A stretch of DNA of 64,000 nt from Candidatus Woesearchaeota archaeon (GCA_016214075.1 JACRPI010000013.1:5418-69417), one strand, 5' to 3'. Positions 37,038-47,274 are shown, counted from the stretch's first letter. Translations and numbers: made by a program. The notes: generated from the sequence alone by a model not told the origin.

Positions 37038-38741
37038 ATGGAAAAAGAAGTAAAACAAATCGCGAAAAAGTACGCGTTGCAAAACGCGGTGAAATTCAAC
37101 GGCACAGCGACAATGGGCAATGTCATTGGCAAAGTGCTCGCTGAAAAGCCAGAATACAAAAAAGAAATTCAGCTCGTCCAAACGATTATCGCGGCAGTGA
37201 TCAAAGAAGTAAACGCGCTCACGCAAGATGAACAAAAAATACAATTCGCGCTCTTTGCGGAAGAACTGGAAAAACCAAAAGAAGAAAAGCACGGATTGAA
37301 AGAACTTCCAACGCATCCTTCTGGAGAAAAAGTAACATTCCGTTTTGCTCCATCCCCGTCAGGCCCACTCCATATCGGTCACGCGTATATTATCTCCTTA
37401 AATTCTCTGTACGCGAAAAAATACAAGGGAAAAATGATTCTGCGAATTGAAGACACCAATCCAGACAATATTTATCCTGACGCGTACAATCTCATTCCAG
37501 AAGACGCGAATTGGCTCACCAAAAATAATGTCGCGGAAGTGCTTGTCCAATCAGATCGAATGGAATTATATTATTCCTACGCTGTACGTTTACTAGAAGA
37601 AAACTTTGCGTATGTTTGTCTTTGTGACGCGGAAGAATTTAGAAAAATGAACCAGCAAATGCAGGCGTGCCCGTGCAGAGATAATACTGCTGAAGAAAAT
37701 CTCAAGCGCTGGAATTCTATGATCACCACATACAAGCAAGGAGAAGCGGTTGTGAGATTCAAAACAGACATCCAACATAAAAATCCAGCGATGCGCGATT
37801 TCCCTATTCTCAGAATAAATGAATCGCCGCATCCAAGACAAGGAGAAAAATACAAAATCTGGCCATTAATGAATTTCGCGGTGGCGATTGATGATATGGA
37901 CACAGGAGTCACGCACACCTTGCGAGGAAAAGATCACGCGGATAACGCGAAGCGGCAGGAATTTATTCATGCGGCGTTGAAAGTAGACACGCCTGTTTCT
38001 ATTTCTGTAGGAAGAATTAATTTTACAGGAACAGAAGTGGAAGTGTCCTGCTCTAAAACAAGAGCGATGATTGAGGGTGGTCAGTTTGAAGGATGGCAGG
38101 ATATTAGAATTCCATTTATTGGCGCGTTAAAGCGCAGAGGATATCAGCCAGAAGCGTTCCAGAAATTCGCGACAGAAATAGGGATTTCCCTCGCAGATAA
38201 AACAGTGGACATGGCAGAATTTTTCAAATCTTTGAACGCGTTCAACAAAGAAGTGATTGACGCCGCGGCAAACAGATATTTCTTTATCAAAGATCCAGTT
38301 GAAGTACAAATAAAAAATAGTCCAAAAAAACATATTGCGTTGGATTTGCATCCTGAAACAAGAAAAGGAGGCAGAACATTCGAAGCAAACGAAACCTTTT
38401 ATCTCGCGAAAGAAGACGTCGAGCAAATAGGAGAAAATGAGCTCACTCGATTAATGGATTGCGTGAATTTCACGAAAAAAGAAAAGGACTACATTTTTGT
38501 GAGTGAAGATTATGAATCCTACAAAGCGCATGGCAAGCGCATCATTCATTGGCTACCAAAGCAAGATGAGCACGTGGTGGTCGAAGTCCGCATGCCAGAC
38601 AATACGCTTGTCAAAGGTCTTGGAGAAAAAGCGATTGCGGAGTTAGAAGTTGGCGCGATTGTGCAATTTGAGCGATTTGGCTTTTGCAGAGTAGATGAAG
38701 TAGAAGGAAATACCTACAAGTTCTGGTATGGGCATAGGTAA
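37038..38741 (+). CDS. gltX: Glutamyl-tRNA synthetase, archaeal/eukaryotic type
   Basis: RFAPSPSGPLHIGHA (class I HIGH) plus an archaeal-type catalytic-core arrangement. Confidence 0.85.
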   Translation: MEKEVKQIAKKYALQNAVKFNGTATMGNVIGKVLAEKPEYKKEIQLVQTIIAAVIKEVNALTQDEQKIQFALFAEELEKPKEEKHGLKELPTHPSGEKVTFRFAPSPSGPLHIGHAYIISLNSLYAKKYKGKMILRIEDTNPDNIYPDAYNLIPEDANWLTKNNVAEVLVQSDRMELYYSYAVRLLEENFAYVCLCDAEEFRKMNQQMQACPCRDNTAEENLKRWNSMITTYKQGEAVVRFKTDIQHKNPAMRDFPILRINESPHPRQGEKYKIWPLMNFAVAIDDMDTGVTHTLRGKDHADNAKRQEFIHAALKVDTPVSISVGRINFTGTEVEVSCSKTRAMIEGGQFEGWQDIRIPFIGALKRRGYQPEAFQKFATEIGISLADKTVDMAEFFKSLNAFNKEVIDAAANRYFFIKDPVEVQIKNSPKKHIALDLHPETRKGGRTFEANETFYLAKEDVEQIGENELTRLMDCVNFTKKEKDYIFVSEDYESYKAHGKRIIHWLPKQDEHVVVEVRMPDNTLVKGLGEKAIAELEVGAIVQFERFGFCRVDEVEGNTYKFWYGHR

Positions 38742-38745
38742 GTTT

Positions 38746-39528
38746 TTACAAACATCCCCTATATTTTGCGACAGTGCGACGCGCAACAGATAGCTGGTAG
38801 AGTTCGTGAAGCGTTTCTGCGAGTTCTCTATCAGAAACAAGCCATTTTTTCCCATCAAATAAAGTGGGATCTCTTTGCAATTGTTGCAAAGCATACGTCC
38901 CTTGAAGAGCGAGAAGTTTTGCTCCAGGAATAAGCTCAGTAACAAAGCGATTTTTTTCGTATATATGGACAGTAAGAGTTCTGGTAAGACGGGATATGGC
39001 TGACTCGTCGCATCCAATGGAGTTTGCGACATCTTGCTGCGTGCGATGCTGCATGTTAAGAGGATTTTCTGTTTGAAGATATCTGTATTGAATCGGGCAG
39101 AGATATGCAATAATTTCTTTTTGTTTTTCCACAACCCAAGCTCTGTTTTTTTGAAGCGTAGTGTAAAACTCTCCATTTGCCCGCAGCGCTGCAAATCGCT
39201 CACTAAGACGTTGTTCCCAAAAGGGATTATACTCTACTTCCCATGTATATCGGCCATTCCAAGTATCAGTAAGGTGAATAGAAGCATAAAACTGCGGTAT
39301 TTCAAGAAGGTCTTGTCGTGAAATGCTCCTTGTTACTTTGTCCAGAGCTCTATTTACTGCGTAAAAAAACGTCGTCTTTGTCTCTTTTTCAGGAAGATTT
39401 TCTCTAAGAAACAGTTCTAATTCTAACGGAGAGAGTTCCATCATTACAGCTGCCAGAGGGTCGACACCAGAACGCACTTTGAATTCAAGTCTTAGATGTA
39501 AATCATCACTCATAATCATGCACTTCAT
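38746..39528 (-). CDS. Protein with a C-terminal sigma-54 (RpoN) DNA-binding-domain-like region; the N-terminal ~130 aa are unknown
   Basis: C-terminus LSVARRTVAKYRG matches the RpoN box ARRTVAKYRE. Upstream KKWLVSDRELAETLHEL resembles sigma-54 kPLSDqeIaelL. The HTH TQQDVANSIGCDESAISRLTRTL resembles the sigma-54 HTH (dvAeelg.heSTvSRa). It overlaps the upstream gene by 4 nt. Confidence 0.6.
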   Translation of the reverse strand: MKCMIMSDDLHLRLEFKVRSGVDPLAAVMMELSPLELELFLRENLPEKETKTTFFYAVNRALDKVTRSISRQDLLEIPQFYASIHLTDTWNGRYTWEVEYNPFWEQRLSERFAALRANGEFYTTLQKNRAWVVEKQKEIIAYLCPIQYRYLQTENPLNMQHRTQQDVANSIGCDESAISRLTRTLTVHIYEKNRFVTELIPGAKLLALQGTYALQQLQRDPTLFDGKKWLVSDRELAETLHELYQLSVARRTVAKYRGCL

Positions 39529-40916
39529 TCATTTCTAAATATTGATGTTTCTGGCAGACAAACATTGCCCGTCATCTCATCATATTCTCGTTGGGATTCC
39601 AAGGTGAGCCATTCTAGCAGGGAGAATATTTCTTCGTCGCCATGCAAAAAAGTCGAACCTTTTTTGCAGGCTGTGGGGATTGTGTCTTGTTCATGTGTAT
39701 CGTGTTCATTAATGTCGTCTTCATCAACGCAAATTTGCAATGCGTTATACTGCCAATAGACCTCGCTTTTTTTTGCTCTGCATGCTCTGTCCATTTTTGG
39801 CAGAAACTCTCCAGAAGGATAATTATGCAATATATCTATGCACTGTTCTAACGCGTCTTCCATCTCTCTATGCCCTGCGATGTATCCTTGGTTTTCCCAA
39901 AACGCTCTTTGAATTCTTGCAATTTTTGTTGGAGATGCCTTCTGTTGCGCGCCATACATCTCTTCCCATCCAAGTTGATATTCTAATTCAGAAACAACCT
40001 TGTATGGTTTTGACGCAATAATCTGCGGAAGAATCTCTTCTGTGTATCCTGCTATGATCTCTTCATCGCTCATGTGTCTTGGAATAGGATCCCACAAAAA
40101 AAGCAGAGGTGTGGTAACATAATCCCAGCCGCGGACATTTTCTTTTTTTGTCATGACTTCTGTTCCAAGCTGTTTATTTCCCTCCACTGTTATTGCTGCG
40201 TTGGCAATAACGTCACGATAATATTTTTCCATGATCGCGTCGATTTTTACGGAGTCCGCGTCTTCTACTATTGTTCCTTCACGAATAATAATGAATACCT
40301 TTCCTTTAGATCTATGCTCTGGCGTTCCAATAATCATTCTCACTACTTCTGGAACAGCGGTTTGCATCTCCCATTGATAAGGCCAAATAGTACCTAATGA
40401 AATCTCAGGATACGTAAGGGTTTGCCTTCCTATTCCGCAGGTGTGCCTGACAAATAACCCTTCTTTAGGAGGGTAGTCAATTTTTTTTGGAATACCATCT
40501 TTATCATGTCCAAACAATAAGTTATGCGGATGCGCGATGATGCGGGCTCCTGGCGCGCTCCATTGATCCCATGATCCATGTCCCGCGATGACAACATCGC
40601 TTATAGATGTATCTTCCAATACTTCTACGACATCGCCATTTTTAACAGGATCATAAACAATTGCGTGTTTTCCAAACGCGGTTTCGACGCGATGAACGTA
40701 CAAATCAGTTGCGCCAGGGAAATAGCGCAAATAATCAAACCAGTGTACTGGTTTTGTGATCATAATCGCAAGTTTGTCTGTATTGGGATTAGGAAGTTTA
40801 GATGCTTCATGGGAGAAATAACCACATAAACTTGCGTATGTTGCAAGCCCTGCTGTTGCCAGAGCCGCGGTTACTTTGTTTATTGCTTTGAAATATTTTG
40901 GTGAACGCATAGTCAC
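39525..40916 (-). CDS. Secreted hypothetical protein (signal peptide), in an operon with the sigma-54-DBD-like gene
   Basis: N-terminal MTMRSPKYFKAINKVTAALATAGLATYASLCGYF is signal-peptide-like. 463 aa, no motif. Confidence 0.45.
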   Translation of the reverse strand: MTMRSPKYFKAINKVTAALATAGLATYASLCGYFSHEASKLPNPNTDKLAIMITKPVHWFDYLRYFPGATDLYVHRVETAFGKHAIVYDPVKNGDVVEVLEDTSISDVVIAGHGSWDQWSAPGARIIAHPHNLLFGHDKDGIPKKIDYPPKEGLFVRHTCGIGRQTLTYPEISLGTIWPYQWEMQTAVPEVVRMIIGTPEHRSKGKVFIIIREGTIVEDADSVKIDAIMEKYYRDVIANAAITVEGNKQLGTEVMTKKENVRGWDYVTTPLLFLWDPIPRHMSDEEIIAGYTEEILPQIIASKPYKVVSELEYQLGWEEMYGAQQKASPTKIARIQRAFWENQGYIAGHREMEDALEQCIDILHNYPSGEFLPKMDRACRAKKSEVYWQYNALQICVDEDDINEHDTHEQDTIPTACKKGSTFLHGDEEIFSLLEWLTLESQREYDEMTGNVCLPETSIFRNE

Positions 40917-41169
40917 TACCCCCTACGTTTCCGTAGATGGTAGTTTTTAGAACTCAAATCTGTTCATGGTTGTTATCTCCAACCCAAGTCTCTTCACGGT
41001 TGTTAACATTGAGCTCGAAGAGATCAATGTTGCCACAAAGCTTTGCTTTGTAAGCATCTCCAACCCACGTTCCCATGAAGAAGGAATTAATGGAAAGTAA
41101 TGCTCCATAATTTATAAATATTATCACTATTTAGAAGTTAAAATATTGAAGTTTTTTCACATTGATAAC

Positions 41170-42927
41170 CTATTCAACCTTCGTAATCAGAAGCTGCTGC
41201 GCAACGCGCTCATAGGTTGCATCTTTATTCACGACAGTATTAGTCATAGGATCTTTGTTATAAGGATAATTATCTTCAACAGTTATCGTGACGGAAAAAG
41301 GAGACATGGTATCAATGGTAAAATCCGTAGAGGCGAACGATTCCGTACTTGCGATGAGTTTTCTTCCTGGAGCGCATGTCGAGACGTAGTTTGCGAAGTT
41401 ATCAGCTCCCGCTCCTCCTGACGCGGTAGAACAGCTGAAAAGAAAGATAACAGCGTCAGAGGGAAGATACGTTAATGCTTGACAAAAGGAAGCGTCAGAC
41501 TTATCAAGGTAATATGATTCATCTGTTCCATAACCTAATTGAGAGCCATCAGGATTTCCATGCGCGGCAAGAGTGAAAAGATGCGTATCTTTAAATGCGT
41601 CAGGAACTCTATCAAAAAGGGTATCATCTTCAAGAAAGCCGACAGTGACATCATAGGTATTTCTCGCTTCTGCGAGCTTCTTTTTAATGTCAGTATTTTG
41701 AAATGCTCCATTCCAGTCATTTTGAGAGAAAAGAAGAAGCATATTTGGTTTTGATGACCTTGGTTCGTTAAAGAGAGTATCTGCGTTATACCCTAATGCC
41801 GCATAGCGAACAACTTGATAGGGTTTTAACAATGGTTTATTATCCGCGTCAATAAGATCCGCGAGACTTTTTACGTCAGCGGGATTTCCTTGCATTTGAG
41901 CAAACGGAGCAACATAACTTCCATTTGAAAATATTTGCTCTCCTGCGGAATTTCTAATTCCAAGAAGCTCTCGCAAATAGGCATCATCTTGTCCAGCGCG
42001 TGCATATAAGACTGCGTCAGATCCTCTTGTAAAAAGAGGATCTCCTTTTCTGTTCTTGAGTTTTGCAAGAGCAATGAGTTGATCTTTTGTGACCACATTA
42101 TACGCGGCGCGAGAATAATCTTCGTCAGTTTTGAACAAAGGTCTGCCATCTGGTGTTTTTATTTCACTGAACGAAATAAATGTGTCAAGTGTTGTTGATT
42201 GTTGGAGAACTCCTCCAAGAACAGGAAGAAGGTCTCGCGCGGTGGTAAAGACCTCTTTTCCTGATTCATTTTTGATTGCGTGTAATTTTCTTATTGCGTC
42301 TGTTGAGATATTTTTATCTTTTCGCATGAGTGCAGCAGATGCGTAATCCTGTGGTGTAGTAAAGAGAGGAATTCCATCTTCATTAACTATTGTAGCCAAT
42401 TCCTGAGCAAAAGGGATGTCTCCACCTGACGCTTTGTAAAGGACAACATCTTCCCATGTTTTAAAGATAGAATCCGTTTGGCTTGTATTATCTTCAGTGA
42501 TCTTCAAGAGGGCAATAACATCCTCTATTCTGCCATCATTTACTCTGTATAATGCGAAGCCAGGCTTGTCACAAACACGATGAAGTGAATTGCTGAGAGA
42601 AGTAAGAACAAGCGCGGCGGCTTGCGCTTCTTCAAGAGTCCCTCCTTTTTCTTGAAATTGCGCAACTTCCTGCGCAGTGCAAAAAAGCTGCGCTCCATCA
42701 ACAGACTGTAAAGCCATAAAATCCTGCGTTGGCAGTGTGTACCATATGGAAACAGCGTCAGGGTCTTCTGGAAGCTCAACAAGAGAAGGAGGAGTATTGT
42801 GGTGAGGAGGAGTTTCAATGCTCTGCGCATGGGGTGTGTAAATAGATACTGCATTCGTTTCTTCAGGAGTAGGACTAGAAGAAAGGAGAGTCATCAGTGC
42901 GTAGAGGGGCAGTTTTGTTCCTTTCAT
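41170..42927 (-). CDS. Secreted repeat-containing protein with a C-terminal caspase/CHAT-like (clan CD) peptidase-like domain
   Basis: N-terminal signal MKGTKLPLYALMTLLSSS. Internal repeats (DGIPLFTT / DGRPLFKT / GDPLFTR / GEQIFSN). C-terminal LAAHGNPDGS...VIFLFSCSTASGG resembles the His-Gly...Cys catalytic dyad arrangement of caspase-fold proteases. Confidence 0.4.
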   Translation of the reverse strand: MKGTKLPLYALMTLLSSSPTPEETNAVSIYTPHAQSIETPPHHNTPPSLVELPEDPDAVSIWYTLPTQDFMALQSVDGAQLFCTAQEVAQFQEKGGTLEEAQAAALVLTSLSNSLHRVCDKPGFALYRVNDGRIEDVIALLKITEDNTSQTDSIFKTWEDVVLYKASGGDIPFAQELATIVNEDGIPLFTTPQDYASAALMRKDKNISTDAIRKLHAIKNESGKEVFTTARDLLPVLGGVLQQSTTLDTFISFSEIKTPDGRPLFKTDEDYSRAAYNVVTKDQLIALAKLKNRKGDPLFTRGSDAVLYARAGQDDAYLRELLGIRNSAGEQIFSNGSYVAPFAQMQGNPADVKSLADLIDADNKPLLKPYQVVRYAALGYNADTLFNEPRSSKPNMLLLFSQNDWNGAFQNTDIKKKLAEARNTYDVTVGFLEDDTLFDRVPDAFKDTHLFTLAAHGNPDGSQLGYGTDESYYLDKSDASFCQALTYLPSDAVIFLFSCSTASGGAGADNFANYVSTCAPGRKLIASTESFASTDFTIDTMSPFSVTITVEDNYPYNKDPMTNTVVNKDATYERVAQQLLITKVE

Positions 42928-43775
42928 GGAGTAGAGAGATGCTTTTTGATGGATAATAGTAGGTATTTTTTCTTTTTAAACGTTGTGACATAAAGATTAG
43001 ATATATTGGTAGAGAAGTAGAAAAACTATAAAAAAGAGTATCATCTGTAAGCCAATGATTCCATAGAATTCAACGGGATCTTTTTTCCGTTCGGCATAGA
43101 GTCCAAGTCTGAAAAATGAAGCCTTACCCGTATACAAGTCTAAAAATAATACGAGAAGCCATAAAAAAGTAAAAAAGTAGATTATGTTAACCATCTGTTA
43201 GAAGTAAATACCATAATTTATATAATTATTGCAAAGTTTTTTATTGAAGTAAAACTTAAAATGAGTATGATTAAAAAATATTTGTTAATGTTTCATAAAA
43301 AAGTGTTATCTTACTTAGTAGTTTCTCAATCATCTTCTTTGGCAAAAGATCTTAAGAAAAGAAAAAATTTCACTATCACTAAAGAATATTTGAATAATTT
43401 TTCTCAGTATTATATTGCTTTAGTTATATTTTTTTTTTATAGGGTTTATTTTCCTACTCAGTTTTTCTTTTTCAACGTTTGATAATCCTATATATGGTTA
43501 TTCCGCATCCTCAGCTCCGTGGGGTGCTAAAATAGCTAAGTTGCTTCCAGCATTGATACTGTGGTCTCTAGCTTATCTTATAAAAAAGTATGAAAATATT
43601 TTGCTTTTAATTTTCTCATCGATTGTTACTATCTCTTTGATTATTAGTTTTTTTGTAGAAATGGTTCTAAAATCATTTCATGTTTATCCAGATGTCATTT
43701 TTGGTTTGATATTTTATGGTTTTCTCGTATATCTCATTATAAACGGATGTTTTGCACTAAAAAGAGTCAAAGAGT

Positions 43776-44420
43776 ATGAGAAGAAGAGTCGATATATTTT
43801 CAGACGAGTTTGGAAACCTATTTAAATCAGAAAAAAAGAGAAATTTTATGAGCCTCACGTTTCTCAAACAATCGTTGACAGAACCAAAAAAGATTGGCGC
43901 GATTACAGAATCTTCTGAAGAGCTTGCAGAAAAGATAATCTCCATTGCAGAATTAGAAAACGTAGATACGATTGTCGAATTAGGGCCAGGAACAGGTATT
44001 TTTACAGAGAAAATAGCGGAAAGCATAAGCCCAAGCACGTTATTCTTCGCGCTCGAAGTAAATGAAGCCTTTGTTGAAAAAACAAAAGAGCGATGCCCAA
44101 ATACAATCATTTACAACGCAGGAGCAGAAGAGATTTGTACGTACCTTTCATTGCATAACAAAAACAGCTGTGATTGCATCATCTCAAGCCTTCCATTTGC
44201 GAGCTTTGACGAAGAAACACAAGATGCCATATTCAAAGCCATAGACAATGCGCTTGCGCCAAACGGACAATTCATTACCTTTTCGTATTTCTACACTGCG
44301 TTGCTTGAAGAAGGAAAGCATTTCAGAAAACTCCTGCGCAGAAACTTCTCAACTGTCGAAAAATCAGACATAGTCTGGCTGAATGTTCCTCCCGCGTTTG
44401 TGTATTCGTGCAGGAAGTAA
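43776..44420 (+). CDS. Class I SAM-dependent methyltransferase (RrnaAD/PmtA-like). The start may be the internal Met at 43848.
   Basis: VELGPGTGIFTEKI is SAM motif I. Confidence 0.55.
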   Translation: MRRRVDIFSDEFGNLFKSEKKRNFMSLTFLKQSLTEPKKIGAITESSEELAEKIISIAELENVDTIVELGPGTGIFTEKIAESISPSTLFFALEVNEAFVEKTKERCPNTIIYNAGAEEICTYLSLHNKNSCDCIISSLPFASFDEETQDAIFKAIDNALAPNGQFITFSYFYTALLEEGKHFRKLLRRNFSTVEKSDIVWLNVPPAFVYSCRK

Positions 44421-44457
44421 GGAAGAATAGAAAACAGGCAAAAAAAGAGAAGCAAAC

Positions 44458-45453
44458 TCAAAACAACATTCTTTTTCTCGACGGCAATTGTTCTTGCGGC
44501 TGCGCTCCGCTAAATGGAGGCAATGGCGCGCCAAACTGAGGAATAGGTTGCATTTGTTCTGAAGCGCCCTGTTCGCCAGGTTGTTGTTCAGGTCCTGGAT
44601 ATTGGAATCGTCCTAAATCAGCAGGAAGTTGCGGAGCCTGTTGTATATCAGACATTTGTGGTCGAACTTGCATCGGTTGTGGTCCTTGTCGTTGCATGTA
44701 TGGATTAAAATCTTTAATCTGCGCTTTTGGGGTTTGCTGTTCTTTGACAAGATCCGCGATCGCGAGCATTCCTTCTGCGATCTTTTCGTTTTGTTCCATA
44801 ATGGAATCAAGTTTTGCGAACAATGGACCTTCTTCTTTGCTCATTTTATCGTTAAAGAGCACAAGAAGCTGTTTGACCACTGCGCTCAACTTGTTCATGG
44901 ATTCGATCATCAACTGTGTCTCTAAAGTTAACTTAGGAATGTGCGCGTAATGTGCTTTTGTTTCCAGAACCTCGTGTTTTGTCTGGCTAAGTTGTTGTTC
45001 AACATCCTGAACAGCTTGCGTATGGACACCAAGTTGTTTTTGCATTGCAGTGTGCCGCTTCATAAGCGCTTTTTCGCGTTTTCTGACATCAGAAGCAAGC
45101 GATTTGACGTGTTTCTTTAAATCCTTGACATGTTTCAGAGAACCATCTTTTAGAGCAGATTTTGCTGGTTTGACTTTCATATGTTTAATGACAGTGGTTT
45201 TTTTAACAACTGTTTTAGTTTTTCCAGTTTTTTTCTTTTTCGCAGATTTTTTCCCAGAACTTTTTTCTACAGTAATAGTTTTAACAGTAACAGAACCCTT
45301 ATTCCTGGATTTTGGTGGTTGAGCGGCCTTTTTTTTCTTTTGTTGTTTTGGCTGTATTTTTACCTGGGTAATCTCAACGTTCTGATGAGGCTGATTTTTA
45401 TTGATGATATCAAGAATATTTTTGTCTACAACAGGATTGCCCATATCTACCAT
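44458..45453 (-). CDS. Lys-rich, low-complexity coiled-coil hypothetical protein
   Basis: N-terminal KKKK-rich region, central coiled-coil, C-terminal Gln/Pro-rich region. Confidence 0.4.
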   Translation of the reverse strand: MVDMGNPVVDKNILDIINKNQPHQNVEITQVKIQPKQQKKKKAAQPPKSRNKGSVTVKTITVEKSSGKKSAKKKKTGKTKTVVKKTTVIKHMKVKPAKSALKDGSLKHVKDLKKHVKSLASDVRKREKALMKRHTAMQKQLGVHTQAVQDVEQQLSQTKHEVLETKAHYAHIPKLTLETQLMIESMNKLSAVVKQLLVLFNDKMSKEEGPLFAKLDSIMEQNEKIAEGMLAIADLVKEQQTPKAQIKDFNPYMQRQGPQPMQVRPQMSDIQQAPQLPADLGRFQYPGPEQQPGEQGASEQMQPIPQFGAPLPPFSGAQPQEQLPSRKRMLF

Positions 45454-46002
45454 ATAACACCCCTAGGCATTTTTTTAGTGACGAGGGTATAAATACTTTT
45501 CGGAAAATAGTGCATGAACAAAGTATGAATGCCATTTAGGGAAGCGTTTAATAGAAAAATGAACTATAGTAAATAACATTAATTTTCGGATATATAACTA
45601 GAGAGTGTAATGTTATTTCCTAATAAGTGAATCACTTTTTGCTAGGAACTAAGTTCCGATTATTAAAGTGATTCACTATAAAAGAGACGCTCGACAAATG
45701 CTCGCGTCTTAACGCACAAGGTCTCACAGCAACGTTCGACCTTGTGCGTTTTGTTCAGTAAGCAAAAACAACACGGCCAGACGGAGCAAAATTTGCAAGA
45801 ACCAAACCGTTTGTCAAATAGGTTTGAAGCAAATTTTGTGGAGTAGGACAAGCTTTTTGGCTTTTCTCTCTTCAAGAAGCCAAAAAGTTGACCGTCTGTG
45901 CCTGTGTTGTTGTTTTTGCCTTGGTAAGATAAAAACAGACAGAATTTAGATCATTCCCTTAAGCGTTATGTTTATATATTCCTAAAGAGAGAAAACAAGA
46001 CA

Positions 46003-47274
46003 ATGGTAGATGCACGACTATTTTCGTATGTCCAAGAGCAACTCAGAGCAGGATATGACGCGAATACAATCAGAAATTATCTCCTGCAAAATCGCTATCC
46101 GCAGAATGAAGTAGACGCGGTTTTTCAGGCAATACAGCAAGGACAAAGGCCAACGTCTCCTCAACCAATACGAGCACAGCAACAACCGCAGCAAGAAGGA
46201 CAAATAGCAACGCTCACCAATTATTTCAAGCAATATACGCGGCAAGGCTATTCCGCAGAACAGGTGCAAACATTTCTCCTTCAAAATGGCTATCCGCAAA
46301 ATGTTGTCGCGGCTGCAAAAGAAAAGGCAACAAAAAAACCATTCCAACTGCCACAAATTGCGCTTCCTTCAAAGAAAACATTCCTCATCCTTCTTCTCCT
46401 CCTCCTCATCGCAGGAGCACTCGCTGCAACAGCGTGGTTTTTTATGAACTTAGAAACAGAAGAAGAGCAAGAAATTGATTTTGACGTGAGTATCGCAGTA
46501 GACGTCGTGGCGCCAGGAGAAACATTATACATCAATAATGATTTCATCAATTTCCCTGAAAAGCGGCCATATAGCATCACCATTTATTACACAATCAATG
46601 ATAAACAAACATTAACAAGGGTTGATAGTTGGCAAATTTCAATAGACAGTACAGATTCCATTCTTGAGGCAAAAAGTGTCAAGCGCACAATTCCTCGAAC
46701 AACAGAGCCAGGAGAGTATGAGCTAAACGTCAAACTCAGTTATGGCACGACAACAAAGCAGTTGTATGAGTATTTCACCGTGAGCACAAGCGAAGAAGAG
46801 ATTGCGCAAGCAGAAGAAGTCGCTGCAGAGGAAGAAGTAAAACAAGAAGAAACAGTGATTGAAGAGAGTGAAGTTGATACAGAAGAAACAACAGGAGAAG
46901 CAATAACTGAAGAAGAACCAGAAGAAGTTGTTGAAACAGTTTCAGAAACAGGAATTCCAAGTAGTAATGATTATGTCAATCTCGCGACCGCGAAAGAAGT
47001 TGCGAAAACAGACGCGGCGGCAGCGGCTGAATATTGTGCGGCAATTAGCACATTAAGTCAGCAGGATGATTGTTATTGGAATGTCGCGAAAAATAGTGGA
47101 GATAAATCCTACTGCGAAGACGTTGTCGCGGATCACACGAGAGATGCGTGTTGGGTAGGATTTGCCTTCGACAAAGCGGATTATACTGTGTGCGATAATA
47201 TTTCTAATCCGTTCATTAAGCAAAGTTGTGAGCAGTTGGAAAAGGTAGCGGAGTTGCAGGCGATGCAGGGATAA
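46003..47274 (+). CDS. Membrane protein with two N-terminal tandem repeats of about 45 aa (...IRNYLLQNRYPQNEV / ...VQTFLLQNGYPQNVV), one TM helix, an acidic linker and a Cys-rich C-terminal domain
   Basis: Repeat pair visible in the first 100 aa. TM segment LILLLLLLIAGALAATAWFF. Confidence 0.5.
   Translation: MVDARLFSYVQEQLRAGYDANTIRNYLLQNRYPQNEVDAVFQAIQQGQRPTSPQPIRAQQQPQQEGQIATLTNYFKQYTRQGYSAEQVQTFLLQNGYPQNVVAAAKEKATKKPFQLPQIALPSKKTFLILLLLLLIAGALAATAWFFMNLETEEEQEIDFDVSIAVDVVAPGETLYINNDFINFPEKRPYSITIYYTINDKQTLTRVDSWQISIDSTDSILEAKSVKRTIPRTTEPGEYELNVKLSYGTTTKQLYEYFTVSTSEEEIAQAEEVAAEEEVKQEETVIEESEVDTEETTGEAITEEEPEEVVETVSETGIPSSNDYVNLATAKEVAKTDAAAAAEYCAAISTLSQQDDCYWNVAKNSGDKSYCEDVVADHTRDACWVGFAFDKADYTVCDNISNPFIKQSCEQLEKVAELQAMQG

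Noticed and set aside
42930-43540. Several short ORFs (60-94 aa) in an AT-rich stretch
   Set aside because: Low-complexity, Phe/Leu/Ile-rich translations typical of AT-rich non-coding DNA. One (43541-43825, three hydrophobic segments) might be a real small membrane protein, but evidence is insufficient.
45663-45875. 70-aa ORF within the structured intergenic region
   Set aside because: The sequence is dominated by inverted repeats. The translation is Cys- and Phe-rich nonsense typical of hairpin DNA.
45480-46000. SRP RNA or RNase P RNA candidate
   Set aside because: The conserved SRP (GGAAGCAGCCA-like) and RNase P (GNAANNUC...GGGC / GUAAGAGCGCACC) motifs were not seen. The region is kept only as an unexplained structured region.
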